From positions 1,612,001-1,676,000 of the forward strand of contig CM030338.1 in NCBI GenBank assembly GCA_017654855.1: 64,000 nucleotides of DNA, written 5' to 3'. The notes under the pieces are model-generated. The model made no database searches and was not told where the DNA came from. It was given only the letters and a program-made list of their open reading frames with translations. This DNA comes from Podospora anserina. Its lineage: Eukaryota. The stretch's first letter is position 1. Every line of letters begins with the position of its first letter. The translations under genes were made by a program, and so were the position numbers. This document shows, one piece after another, positions 1 through 11,501 of this stretch.

Positions 1-510
1 CTCAGACACCACGACGGACAGCATTTCTTTTGTCATATTTTTCTTTTGTTTATGAGATACGGGAGATACGGGATATGAACACGCGGGTTTTTTTTCTTTT
101 TGGTTATGGAGTTTAAAAGAAAGGATTTGGGATTGTTTTTCTGGAATACATAGCGCAAAGCGAGAACTTGTTTATCAAGGATTTTTTGGATTACCGGTTA
201 TGGGTGTTGTTTGACATGAAAAAAAAACTGGGAGATTTGATGAAAAGGATATGATGATGACCTGGCGTTTTGTTTTTTGAAGGGATTTGTAGAAAAGTTA
301 TTGTAGACTTGGGATAGATTTGTGTGCTTGTTTATTTGTAGTTTAGTTTTGCCTTTGTTGTATATATTTTGGCAATGTTGGATACCCCTGTTGTATATTG
401 TATATTGTTTAGCAGCACATAGCGTTGGATGGCATGGGATGGCATGGGATGGAATAGGAAAAGGCAAAAGCTCATGGCTGTTTGTGTCTGTCTGTTTGTC
501 TTGACTACAT

Positions 511-537
511 TGTGTGTGTGTGTGTGTGTGTGTGTGT
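511..537. repeat. (TG)13 microsatellite
   Basis: Perfect TG dinucleotide run read directly. Confidence 0.95.
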
Positions 538-692
538 TTGTGTTGCCTATCAATGAATTGTTGCTTTCCTGTTTCTTTTCCGGTCGTGTGTTTGTCTATC
601 TACCTCCCTCCTGCTCATTTTCCTCCTCGGTCCGTCAATCTCAACTTTTGCATCTCTCATCCTCGCTGGGATGGGTTTGAGTTTACGCGATC

Positions 693-1473
693 TCAAAGAG
701 GCAAGTCAGCCTCCCCGGGGATCAAAGTCCCGTTCTCGACGGCGGCACGGTGGCCGCGGGCGAGCATCCCGTAGACGGGCATGTACGTGTCCAGCCAGGG
801 GAGGATCTCCTTTGCGCCGGGGGAGGAGCGCCAGTCCCTCATCAGGTCGCAGACGATGCTAAAAAGGGAGACGACGTTGACGCCGGCGCGCATCATCTGA
901 TCATTGGCGAGGTCGCGGATCTCTTTTGTGACGGTGCCCGAGGCTTCCTGGTTGGCCCAGACGGAGTACCCCTCTGCGCGGAGAGAGCGAGCCAAGAAGG
1001 CGGTACAGACGTCTGTGACGATGCCGGCGAGGATAATCTGCTTCTTGCCTGTGGCCTTGACCGCGGCGCGGAACTCGGGGGAGTCCCAGGCGTTTACTTC
1101 TCCTTGGCGGGCGATGACGGGGGCGGTGGGGTACATGTCGAGGATTTCTTGGGGGAGGGGGCCGTTGGGGCCGGTGGAGGCCGAGGTGGTGAGGATTACG
1201 GGGAGGGTGGGGAAGGCAAGGCCTAGGGCGGAGTGGGCGAGCATGTTTTGTTTGAAGAGGGTTGGGTCTGGGGGGGTTAGTAAGGGGTGTGAGAAGGGGA
1301 AGGGGGAAAGGGGGGGACATACCGTAGTCACGGGCGAGATTGTAAAGGCCTTCTTGGAGGTCGACGATGATGAGGAGGGAGTCGTTTTTGTTGAGGCGTT
1401 CCCAGGGGAAGGACGAGTCGGCCAGGATAGGGAGGGCCGTGAGGGCGGTTGTGAGAAGGGTGGTGAATTTCAT
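693..1473 (-). CDS. Isochorismatase/cysteine-hydrolase family protein (YcaC-like) with predicted signal peptide; 2 exons (1473-1323, 1267-693)
   Basis: Intron 1268-1322 (GTATGT..CTAAC..CAG) joins ...LARDY to DPTLFKQ.... Motifs LLIIVDLQEG, ILTTS, VNAWDSPEFRAAVKATGKKQIILAGIVTDVC are typical of YcaC-like hydrolases. Hydrophobic N-terminus MKFTTLLTTALTALPILA. Confidence 0.9.
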
Positions 1474-1520
1474 TGTGAGATGGTCAAGGTGAAATCACTG
1501 GTGAGAAGGTTGATGAGGAG

Positions 1521-1547
1521 ATGGTGATGGTGATGGTGATGGTGATG
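1521..1547. repeat. (ATGGTG)n short tandem repeat upstream of the isochorismatase gene
   Basis: About 4.5 copies of ATGGTG read directly. Confidence 0.85.
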
Positions 1548-3096
1548 GAAGTGAGTGATTGATATTCTGGCTGTACCAACTCCTTTTATACATGAACTTC
1601 AATCCCCAAGATCCCCGCAGGACTCTCGATATCCTGAATTTCTTTCCTCATTATCGTCCCGCGCCTTGCCTCCCGGATTATCGTTGTTGACCGCCACAAG
1701 CATCTTGACAAGCACCGTCTAATCACTTGATCAGCATCCCGTCAGTGCCCAGGTCATCATGGGTCACATCGACTAGACAGCATCGAGTCCGTGATGACGA
1801 GAACCGCGGCCTTGAACACCGGAATCAGCACTCCACCGAGAGTCCAGCCCGCGGAAGGATGATGTCGATGGCTTCAATATCCACCACGTTGTTCGTGTTG
1901 TTGCTATGTCCTGACTAAGGCACTGCCTGCCCGATGCAACGTACAGCTAGTTGACTGCATTGTCAGCCGGGACTAAGGATTGGATAATTGTGTGTAACGC
2001 GGATTGCTGATTCAGCGCCTGCAAGTCGAGGTGATGGTCCGCTTCGCGAGGATAGCTTGGCTGGTAGAGGTTTAGTAAGCTAGAATATCACACACAATAT
2101 ATACCTTAGGTATGAGGGGGAAGTTAGGGAATAGCCAAGATGGAGGTAGATTGGAGATCTCCGTGCCGCCTCAGATCCAGATCGCATCACATCATCTCTG
2201 AGCGGTTGATGATGGGATTCTTGAAATCCACGTCAGCTCAACTTAATCATGTTTAACCGCACCCAATGGCCTGGAGCGCGCTAAAATGGGCCGTCAAACG
2301 GCCAGCGGCGGGATGGCAGGTGTAGCGTGACAGCCGGTGAATCACCTCAACGCCAGCCCGTCCACCTTGAAGATAGCGTGCCCCCCACTTTGACTTGTGT
2401 TTCCGTCTGGGGAAGGAAGGTCAGAGCTTCTTGTTTCCACCGTCGATAAGGCAGAGGAGGGATCATCCCAATTGACTTATTCACCTTTATTTAGGAGACA
2501 GGATTGCGGCGAATGTTCAACTTCAACTTCTGCGACATGTGTAACCTGTAACAAATCCTCAGACGGAGCTGAAGGGCTCTAACAACATGATATCTGAGAC
2601 CTGTTAGTGGAGGGGTTTGCTTTGGCCCCCCCCACCCCGCCCAGCCCTTGCAGTAGCGAACGGTCTGGAACCAAGACAGGGAAAACAACAGCTGCCCTTG
2701 TCAATGACTTGCACTAACAGATGCGCCCCTCACTTCTGTATCAAGATGCTATCGAGGCTGCAAGGCGGCGGGAAGAGAACCCCTGCCGCCACACTCGTTT
2801 TAGATGCCGGCATGGGCGAGGCGACGCGCCGAGAAGAGAATAGATCTTCCGTTCGAGGGGCAGGAGATGCTGGTAAAGCTGGCCTCAACCTCCGTTCAGA
2901 GGGATGGAATGTTTCTTTCCCTTTTTTCTCCAACTTGAGTCTTGCCCTGTTTTTTGTCTGAGAAGGGTTGTTGCTGATTGATATTTGGCGAACACTGCTG
3001 GACAAGTGGCCAGAAGTTTTATTCCCTTCGCTGACTTGAGGTTTTTGAAACTGCTGGTTTGTTGCAATTGGGTTGTTTACTTCGCGATACATCACC

Positions 3097-4548
3097 ATGA
3101 GGTTATTACACCGACTCTCGGAGCTGTCAGTTCTGGCCAGCTTGGTTCTGGCCCACGAAGGTCATAATTATGACCACCATCACCACCCTGATCACAGTCA
3201 TGATCACGAAGATTTGGGGGCAGTCAAGATCTGCGGGGACGGTGGCTCTCTCACCGGTGGATGTCAAGATGGCCTAGGAAGCATGGGTGCGGCCGACGAG
3301 AAGGAGTTCCTCTGGAAGGAAAACGACACCGCCCAAAAGCCTGTTACCTCAACAGACGATGATAGCAAGCCAAAAGGATATCCCTGGACCCATACCACAC
3401 CATGCTTCACCAGCCCCCAACCCGATACCTCCATCTGCGTCTTCACAGACAACAACTTTGCCAACGGCAGGGGAGCCTCCTTCATCACCACCCCCCACCG
3501 CGCTGAGTATCTAGCCACCACCCCAGCCTTTGTCGACCAGGACCTCGTGAAGAATATCAACCAAGACCTCCACCGCACCGCTCCTTCCAAATACGAGAAG
3601 CACCAGATCCCCGGCAAGGGCATGGGCCTCATCGCCAAAGTGCACATCCACCGCGGAGACCTCATCATGGCCAACACACCCTCCCTGATGATCGACTACC
3701 GCGCCTTTGAGGACCTCCCCAAGGAAGAATACCGCCAACTTCAAGCCGCAGCCGTGGACCAGCTCCCCGACCTCCACCGCGAGCACATCATGGCCCTCTC
3801 CACCCACGACGGCATCGAGCGCACCCACATCGAACGGATAGACAAAATCTGCTCCACCAACGCCTTCGACATCGACCCCGACAGCGACGACGAGACCCAG
3901 GACCACGGATTCTATGTCGTCTTCCCCGAGATCGCAAGGATGAACCACGACTGCCGCCCCAACGCGGATTACTACTTTGATCACGAGACGCTAACCCAGT
4001 ACATCCACGCCATCCGTGACATTAGCCCCGGGGAGGAGCTCACCCTCTCGTACATCAACCCCATTATGAAGAAGCGCGCGCGCAACAAGAAGCTGAACCG
4101 GATTTGGGGGTTCCAGTGTGCTTGCCCGTTGTGCACAAAGGAACAGGCGCAGGTCGAGGCGTCGGATGTTAGGATCCACCAGATCAAGGAGCTGGTTGGG
4201 GAGTTTAGCGATTGGAGCTCGGATAGCAGGGCGACGCCGCAGTTGGCGGAGCTGGTGTTGAGTCTGTATGAGCAGGAGAAGCTTTGGGGGAGCATGTATG
4301 AGGCGTATACTTGGTTGGCGCTCGAGTATAACGCTGTTGGGGAGCCGTGGACCGCGGTGAAGTGGGCGAATAGGGCGGTCGAGTGGGGGATTCCGGTCGT
4401 AGGACCCAAAGATGGGGATATGGAGCAGATGAGGAGGCTGATCAAGGACCCGTGGGCGCATTGGAGTTGGTTGAAGAGGGTCAAGGTTAGAGGGGGGTGG
4501 GGGAAGGGGAGTGAGAGGGAGGGGGATGGGGATGATGAGGAGGAGTAG
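3097..4548 (+). CDS. SET-domain protein (SMYD/Set5-like fungal type) with N-terminal signal-like and His-rich segment
   Basis: SET motifs IPGKGMGLIA, ARMNHDCRPNA, AIRDISPGEELTLSYI and post-SET WGFQCACPLC. ATG at 3097 within ORF 3073..4548. Confidence 0.88.
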   Translation: MRLLHRLSELSVLASLVLAHEGHNYDHHHHPDHSHDHEDLGAVKICGDGGSLTGGCQDGLGSMGAADEKEFLWKENDTAQKPVTSTDDDSKPKGYPWTHTTPCFTSPQPDTSICVFTDNNFANGRGASFITTPHRAEYLATTPAFVDQDLVKNINQDLHRTAPSKYEKHQIPGKGMGLIAKVHIHRGDLIMANTPSLMIDYRAFEDLPKEEYRQLQAAAVDQLPDLHREHIMALSTHDGIERTHIERIDKICSTNAFDIDPDSDDETQDHGFYVVFPEIARMNHDCRPNADYYFDHETLTQYIHAIRDISPGEELTLSYINPIMKKRARNKKLNRIWGFQCACPLCTKEQAQVEASDVRIHQIKELVGEFSDWSSDSRATPQLAELVLSLYEQEKLWGSMYEAYTWLALEYNAVGEPWTAVKWANRAVEWGIPVVGPKDGDMEQMRRLIKDPWAHWSWLKRVKVRGGWGKGSEREGDGDDEEE

Positions 4549-6343
4549 GAGGGTGAGGATGATTGGGTATGGTATAGACGTTTGGGATTGTTTTCTTTTA
4601 TTGGCTTGGAGCTCGAATAGGGAAAAGAATACGAGTTTGTGGTAGTGATGAATGCAATTGTCTTTTGGATCATCAGGACAGGCAGGAGCACAGTATATAT
4701 ATTAGGTCCTGCACGCCACTCTCAACAGCAGCTTGAGCATCTTGATCAGGGCGCCCTTGTGGTCAGGACAAATGGTTAAGTTGTAAGAGCTGCTGTTGCC
4801 GCCCACCGCCCCCCGCCGGGGGCTTGCAACCGATAGCCCCCGAGTTCGATCCGGAGTAAAACCACCGAGGTTTTCGTAACCGGCCACCCTTTCCAATAAC
4901 GGTTGGGAGGTTGGCCCGCAAGCTTTTGCTGTCTCTTTCGACTTTTCTTTTTGTTTTCTGCCTTCTTGATCTTGGTCTGGACGAGTAGACCATCAAGCTT
5001 GCTGCTCTGGTCCTTGTTGGTCCCCTTTATTCCTACTTTATGTCGAACTGAAGAGCTGTGAGAGCCAGCGCAAGCAATACGGAAGGCATCTCACAGTCAA
5101 CATTCTGAGCTCCACCTTCGGGGAGGGAAGGAGCGGTGGTCAACCTCATCTGCACCTTCCACATCAGTGGTGGTCAGATGCTGGTTTTCGGGGAGCAAAT
5201 GGCAGGTACTCGAGTAGCACTTTCCCTAAATATGACCCAGCATTCAATCGATATCTTCATATTCCCCTCACTCTGGCCTGCCTCATTGCTTGGTTCATAG
5301 CTCACCCATCACTCATCTGAAGCCTCCCCTGAATCTTCTCTCACATATCGATCACATTTATGATCCAAAAACCCCATACCAACCACCCTCCCTCATAAAC
5401 CAGCACCTCACCAACCGAATCTCCCCATCTTATACCCATCCCATTATGCAATCCGTAGCCGCAACCGCGCCTACAACCAACAGCGACCTCCCAAGCAGCA
5501 CAAACAAAAACAATAGATATTTACCCGCTCGTCTCTGCCACCTCCCGAACACCCACCCTCCTCGGGTGTATATGCACAGTATCTTGCATATGCAATGACC
5601 CTTGTGCATCGTCTGTATGTGTGTACGTATGCAAGCGCAAGATATGCAATGTGACACACGCACGCCCACACTCGCATCTCACACCGCATCAGATGTTCAT
5701 CACACACTCTCTCTTCATGAGAAATTATTCAAAATGACACAGAATAACGACAGAGCAAACTTTGCCGTTCTGACCTTTCCGATATCGCTGGGCTTGTTTG
5801 GGTATGGACTGGGAGTCGAGTATAGGGGTAATCTGGGGAGACGGGATCTTATTAGTGACTCAGGAAACATGCTCACTATCACCGAGGTTGGCATTTTGGC
5901 AACATTGTTCTCATTGCTGATGTCCTCATCCAAAGTGTATGTATGTATCTCCTCGACTCCCGACAACCTATCTGTCTCATTAAACAAAAATCCAAGCCCA
6001 TCATCATACGCCATGTCTATCCCTCTCTTCTATGATCCAGCTTCAAAACGATTCGATTCAGGGACAAAGCCTCGAAACACAAATAACCAAAGAAAAAACT
6101 GCAAAAAATAAATGTCTCGACCTGTAAATATTCCATGCCTAGCGTCTTTTTTCTCTATGACTGACTCTCTTCTGCTCTTGTGAACGAGCGCCTTCTGTTC
6201 TTTTGCTTTTGAAGATTATTTTACGCCCCAATTCGCCATGAAAAAAAAAACCACATTAAACAGACCCCCCAAATCAAGAAACGCTCAAAAGTAAAACATC
6301 AAGTAAAGCAATGCTCGCTCCCAAATCCTAAAATGCCCAAACC

Positions 6344-9300
6344 CTAAGCCTTCTGCTGCTGCTGGACCTTGGCCATCCTCTTCGACATGCTATTCCCAAC
6401 ATGTTAGCCTCATGTTTATCATCAAAGGTTGAGGGAAGAAGAAAAAAACACTCACAAATCATAGAACGCAAACTGCCCCGCCCCACTCCCAAACTCATAC
6501 ACGAACCGACTCGCCACATAACTCCCAAAGATGGCCCTCAGGTAGCTATCCGGCACCCGCTTGATGATCGTCTCCAACCCAATCTTCTCAATCAACAAGT
6601 TCGGCAGCGCGTCCGCCAAGACACTGTTCCTGAGCGCCTCATTCTCCCACAGATCGCTGTGCTGGAGCTGCTCATCCAGACTGGTAATCGCCTGCGACAG
6701 CTTATCAGACAGAATGGAACGAGGCACCTTGGTCTTCTGGTGCTCAGCCCAGATGGCCTCAAACTCCAACCTGGCGTTCTCCTGAATCTTTTCCTGCACG
6801 GCCTTGACGTACGCCTTGTAGAACTCGGGCGCGTTGCCTTTCTTGTCGACGCACATGTCCTTGACGAAGGACTCGTCGTCAAAGGAGAGGGAGGCCAGCA
6901 CCTCGAGAGAGGACGAGGTGACACCGCCCTTGTTGGCCGAGGCGTCCTTGTAGACGATGCAACCAGCCTCTTCGAGGCGAAGTTTCGCGTCTTGAGTGAT
7001 GAAGAGGTTGGCACCTTCGACGATGTAAGGGACCGTGCACTTGCCGTCCTTGATGAGCTTGTTGGCGGAGACGAGGTCGATGGACTCGGGTCGGCCACCG
7101 CAGGGGACAAACATGTCAGTGAGGCCAGTGTCGCGGAGGTGGTAGGTGTTGCGGAAGGCAGTGCCGTTGTTGACGACCTCGCCGGTGGGGAGAGTGATGT
7201 TGGCATCCTCGCAAAGGACACGGTAACCATCCTTGGAGAGCTTGGACAGATCAAAGTGGACAATCATCTGTCGGTTCTTGGCCAGGCGGCGGAGCTCGTC
7301 CTTGTCGATTCCGTTGGGGTCGACAAGGACACCGGAGCCATCGACAACGGCGGTGTACTTTTCGTTGCTGAGGAGGATCTCGTTGGAGCCGAGATCACCG
7401 TCTGGGCCTCCAGTCTGCATCTTGCGGACGGTGGAGGGGTCGAGGTTGAGCTTGCGGTAGATGCCCTTGACGTACTCGCGGACCGAGAGAGTGGTCATGC
7501 CGTAGGTGTCGTGGGGGATACCGCCCAGTTTGGGGGACTTGCCGGTGAAGAAGGACTTCCACCAGGGAGCGCCGCGATGGCGGGCGTGCTCGGTGGCCCA
7601 ATCGACGAGGTCGGCCGTGTTCTCGTCGGGACCCATGAAGAGGATCTCCTCCTTGCCGTAGAGGTCCACAATGGGGTTCTTGATGCCAGGGGTCTCTGGC
7701 TTGAGGAGCAAATCGAGAATGCTGTCAATGTACTTCTCGAAAGCCTCACGAGCCTTGTCTTGCTGCTTGGGGTCGAGCAAGATGACACCCTTGGAGCCAC
7801 CTTCGGGAATGTCCTTGTTCTTGCGCTGCTGGGTGCTGGCGAGATTGTAGTTCTCATCGAACAAGTTGCGGGCGTTGATGGAGTAGGCCTCCTTGCTGCG
7901 GGACTTGACAATGCGGATACCGCCACGGGCAATGTCCTTGAAGCGAAGGTGGAAACCGCGAGACTCGGAAGAGATGACGAGGAACATGCCGTAGAGACGG
8001 TTGGGGTACTCAAACTCGGGCAGGAAGCTTGGGTCGAGGCGGAAGCTGAGGGCGACCTTGGTAGGGGTGAAGTAGTTGGTCTTGAGGACGGCATTGTTGA
8101 AGACGCGGAAGGCAGTCATCACCATCTCTTCGTGCTCGTTATTCACGTCCTTGGTGATCTTGTCCTTGAGCTTGGCGTCTGAGAGGACCTCAAAGGCTGG
8201 CGTGGGGGCAATGAAGTGGCGGTCAAAACCAGGGCCGACCTTGAGGTGCACATTGGCGAAGGAGGCATACAAAGCCCTGACGAGTCCAGGATGAGACTTG
8301 ATAATCTCCAGGATGTAGTCGGGCGTAAAAGTCTCAGTGCGGAGACGCTTCTTCATCTTGGACAGAATCTCGGCGTGCGAATTGTTCTTGGGATTGAGGG
8401 CCGCCACTAGCGAAGCATACTCAGATCCAAGACGGTTGAGGAAGTGCTGCACAAAGACCCACACAGAGTGAGCGTAGATGGTCTCCTGCAAACTGAGCTC
8501 GCCCGAGGCAAACATGTCCTGCAGCTTGGTCTGGGGAATGCAGTATAGGAGGGAGATCTCCTTGGTGATCTGGTGGATGGACTCCTCGATGGAGGGGAAC
8601 TTGCCCTCGAGGTTGGAGGCGGGTCGCAGGTAGATGCTGATGATGGTGATGCCGTTGGAGAACTGCTCGACGTACTTGCGGGAGCTGGTGACGCCATAGT
8701 AGTGATAGAGATCGCTCAGGGCGCTGAAGATGCCCCTGGCAGTTCTTGAGCGGAAAGCAACGACCAATCTCTTCTCCGGGGTCCCCTCAATGTCGTAGAC
8801 CTCGATAACGGGACCAGCACGGCGGACAGCGCTCTCGATGATCTCCTGATAGATCACCTTAGTGTTCTTGGTGGCCTTGGCGAGGAACATGCGGTCGCTG
8901 ATAACCTCCAATCTGGTCTCCATTGGGTCGGCATTTGCATCAACAAACTGGCACTGATACACGAAGTAGCAGCGGAGAGTGGCCTTGGAGTTGGCGTCTT
9001 GTCCCAAAACACCGGGAGACCGGAAAGTCTCGACGCGGAAGCGCTTCGAGGTGTCACCACCATCCAAGTACTTGGACTCGAGGCGGTGCTCGTATCTTGG
9101 GCCGTTGATGGAGGTCTTGCCGGGCTCGCTTGTGTCGATGTAGATGGCATGGTCAGAGGCTTCCATGTCCAGCCGGATCTCCTCACGCTTGTCCTCACGA
9201 GAGAAGGCTGCTACCTTGGCAGCATAGAGCGATGTGATGTGGTTGCTGATGGCTTCAGGAGACTCGAGCTGGAAGTAGACATCGTCGATGGCCAGCTCAT

Positions 9301-9678
9301 TGTAGAACCAGATGATCTGAGCGTCGACGAGAGCCTCGGGAATCCAACCGCCCTTAAGGATGATTTCCCGTACTGCAGAGTTGTCAGTTCCTATACTAAT
9401 CACAAGATTTGACAGTGCTCACCTTGCTTCATCTGCTCGGCCTTGCCCTTGAATTCAGGGGCAACATAGCCAACCGTGGCCGACCGCAAGACTCTGTGGC
9501 CGTTGCCGTTCATCTTGGGATAGCTGACGTGTGTTGGCTGGGGTGATGGGTGTCGGGAAACCTCTGTGCCTCTGGTCTTCTCAACGAGCCTGTTGGCTGG
9601 GTTGAGGGTGCTAGGAGACTCAGTCATGGTGTCGTCTGAGGACGAAAAGGGGTCCTGATACTCTGGAAAGCTGTCCAT
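6344..9678 (-). CDS. GDH2: NAD-specific glutamate dehydrogenase (large fungal type); 3 exons (start-9423, 9372-6456, 6389-6344); start could also be 9768 or 9627
   Basis: Motifs GFHLRFKDIARGGIRIVKS, KNKDIPEGGSKG, FMGPDENTA, TGGPDGDLGSNEI, IVEGANLFI, DASANKGGVTSSSLEV. Introns 9373-9422 and 6390-6455 have GTGAG donors and CTRAC branch sites. Last exon encodes ..FMSKRMAKVQQQQKA*. Confidence 0.95.
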
Positions 9679-10418
9679 TGGAAGGTTAGTCTTGATGGTC
9701 AGGATAGACACCCGGCGCATACGGTCGACAGGACTGGCGAGCACAGGCTCAACCATGATGCCTTCCATGGTGCTAAATCTCGAAGAGAGAGTGGCTTGGG
9801 AGCAGGAGCAAGTTGGTGGTAGGGCTGAGGAATGACAAAGGATCTAAGGAGCAAGAGAAAAGCGGAAAGGGAAGAGGCTGGGGGGCTCGAGGGGAGCGAG
9901 CACAAGTTTTGTAAAGGAATAGAGGGACATGTTGGCAGGTGTGTAAGAGTGCATCGGAGCGCGTATGATACCATGGGCGCGGTGTGTGCTTTTGGTGGTT
10001 GTCGAAGCGGCGAGGGAGCCGCAGTTGGCCCTTGCCATGACCCTCCTCGCCCCGTTTGAACCTGCTCACCCCGATAGCTGATCGCGGCAATCAGGTTTGA
10101 CGTTGGGAAGAGATGCCGGCATCGGATGAACTAGGAGAGGCAGAAGCCACAGACGGCGTGGCACAAGAGACCAGGAATGAGAGCGAGTGACATGGCAACT
10201 TAGATAGCATCGACGGCAGCTCGGCCAGAGCGAGCAGCTGTGCTTCTTCGTTTCCGGGAGTATAGCCTCCGAGAGTGGTTCTGCTGCGTTCAAACAAGCT
10301 GCGAAAGCATGCTTCACCGCTACTGAAACCTACGCTCGTACTCCGTACTGCCACCTGCTCATCCCTTGGGTGCTTCTGTGCTGTGCTGTTGCTGTGCAGC
10401 TGGTGTGGGTCCGTCTGA

Positions 10419-11501
10419 GATAAGAACCTCGAGGGTTCCTTTTCCCCTGCCTCTTGCCCTGGAGCTACCAGGAGGAGATATTTGTGCAGACTGGAGAGGT
10501 GGTGACATGGGGGACATGCTGGTGGTGGATGCATAACGTTGGAACGTACCTGGCGGCTCTCGCTTGGAGGTCTGAATCAAGCCCGAGGTGTTATTCGGCG
10601 GCGCAAGACTCGGTTTGTATCGTATCTCTTCGATATGCGCCCCGGTAGATGCTGCATCGAGCAATGTTAGTTTTCTGGGTCCCTGAACCTGGACGGAATG
10701 AGACGGGCACGGCGGGGCGATGCAACTGCGATAAGGTGCATACGATGGGGAAAAAAAGATATCTCGTTTACCTTTTTTATCGTCGTGTCTTAGATGAAGA
10801 CGGGCGATGTGTCAGTCGCTTCAGATCGTGAGGAGACAAAGACGGCTTAAAGTCTAGTCTCGCCCGGTGGAAATAGAGTTTGATGCCGCGAAAGCAGGAA
10901 AAGTGCCGATCTATCCCAGACAGCAAATCCCGAGGGTCCTGTTTCGATTGTTTTCGTCTGCACAAGATTGTATTAGTGCAAATGCTCTCACAAAGCCCAG
11001 ATCGCCATCTCAAGTGTCACGGCTCTTCGCTGTTCGGTGCTTGCTCCTCGTTGCTGCCGCTTCTGGAAGGCAAGACATGTGTTCCAGAATCCAGGGCACG
11101 CTGCCGGAGCCCGAGATAAGGAAACCTCATCTTTCCAGCCTGGCTCAGCTCTGGAAGGCCCGATCCTGCTCATCTCGTTCATGTCCCGAGCAGACACAGC
11201 CTTCCGCTGAACGCTTCCTCAACCTGCGCCTCGCCGCAGGAAGGCTAACGGGAGGAAATAAAAAAAAGGAGTCTTTGGCTGGTGGAGGGGTGGAAGGGCT
11301 GTAAAACGGAAACCATAGGCGGGGACACAACAGCAGCAACAGTAGCAGCAGCAGTAGTAGGGCTCAGGGGCAGAGGATTGATGTTGATGGGGCACAGATG
11401 AACCGAAAGGGGTGTAAGATACCTGTTACGGCGCCGGAATGTTGCACAGAGATAAGGTCTGGCACGCTGTTTGGCTGCAAGCTTCAAGCGTGGCCGATAA
11501 G
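10419..11501 (+). promoter_or_regulatory. Cluster of five GATAAG sites upstream of GDH2 (putative AreA/NIT-2 GATA-factor sites)
   Basis: GATAAG at 10419, 10730, 11115, 11451 and 11496, all in the same orientation. Function is inferred. Confidence 0.4.

Noticed and set aside
6401..8182. 593-aa ORF antisense to NAD-GDH
   Set aside because: Shadow of the strongly biased GDH2 codons; no recognisable motifs of its own.
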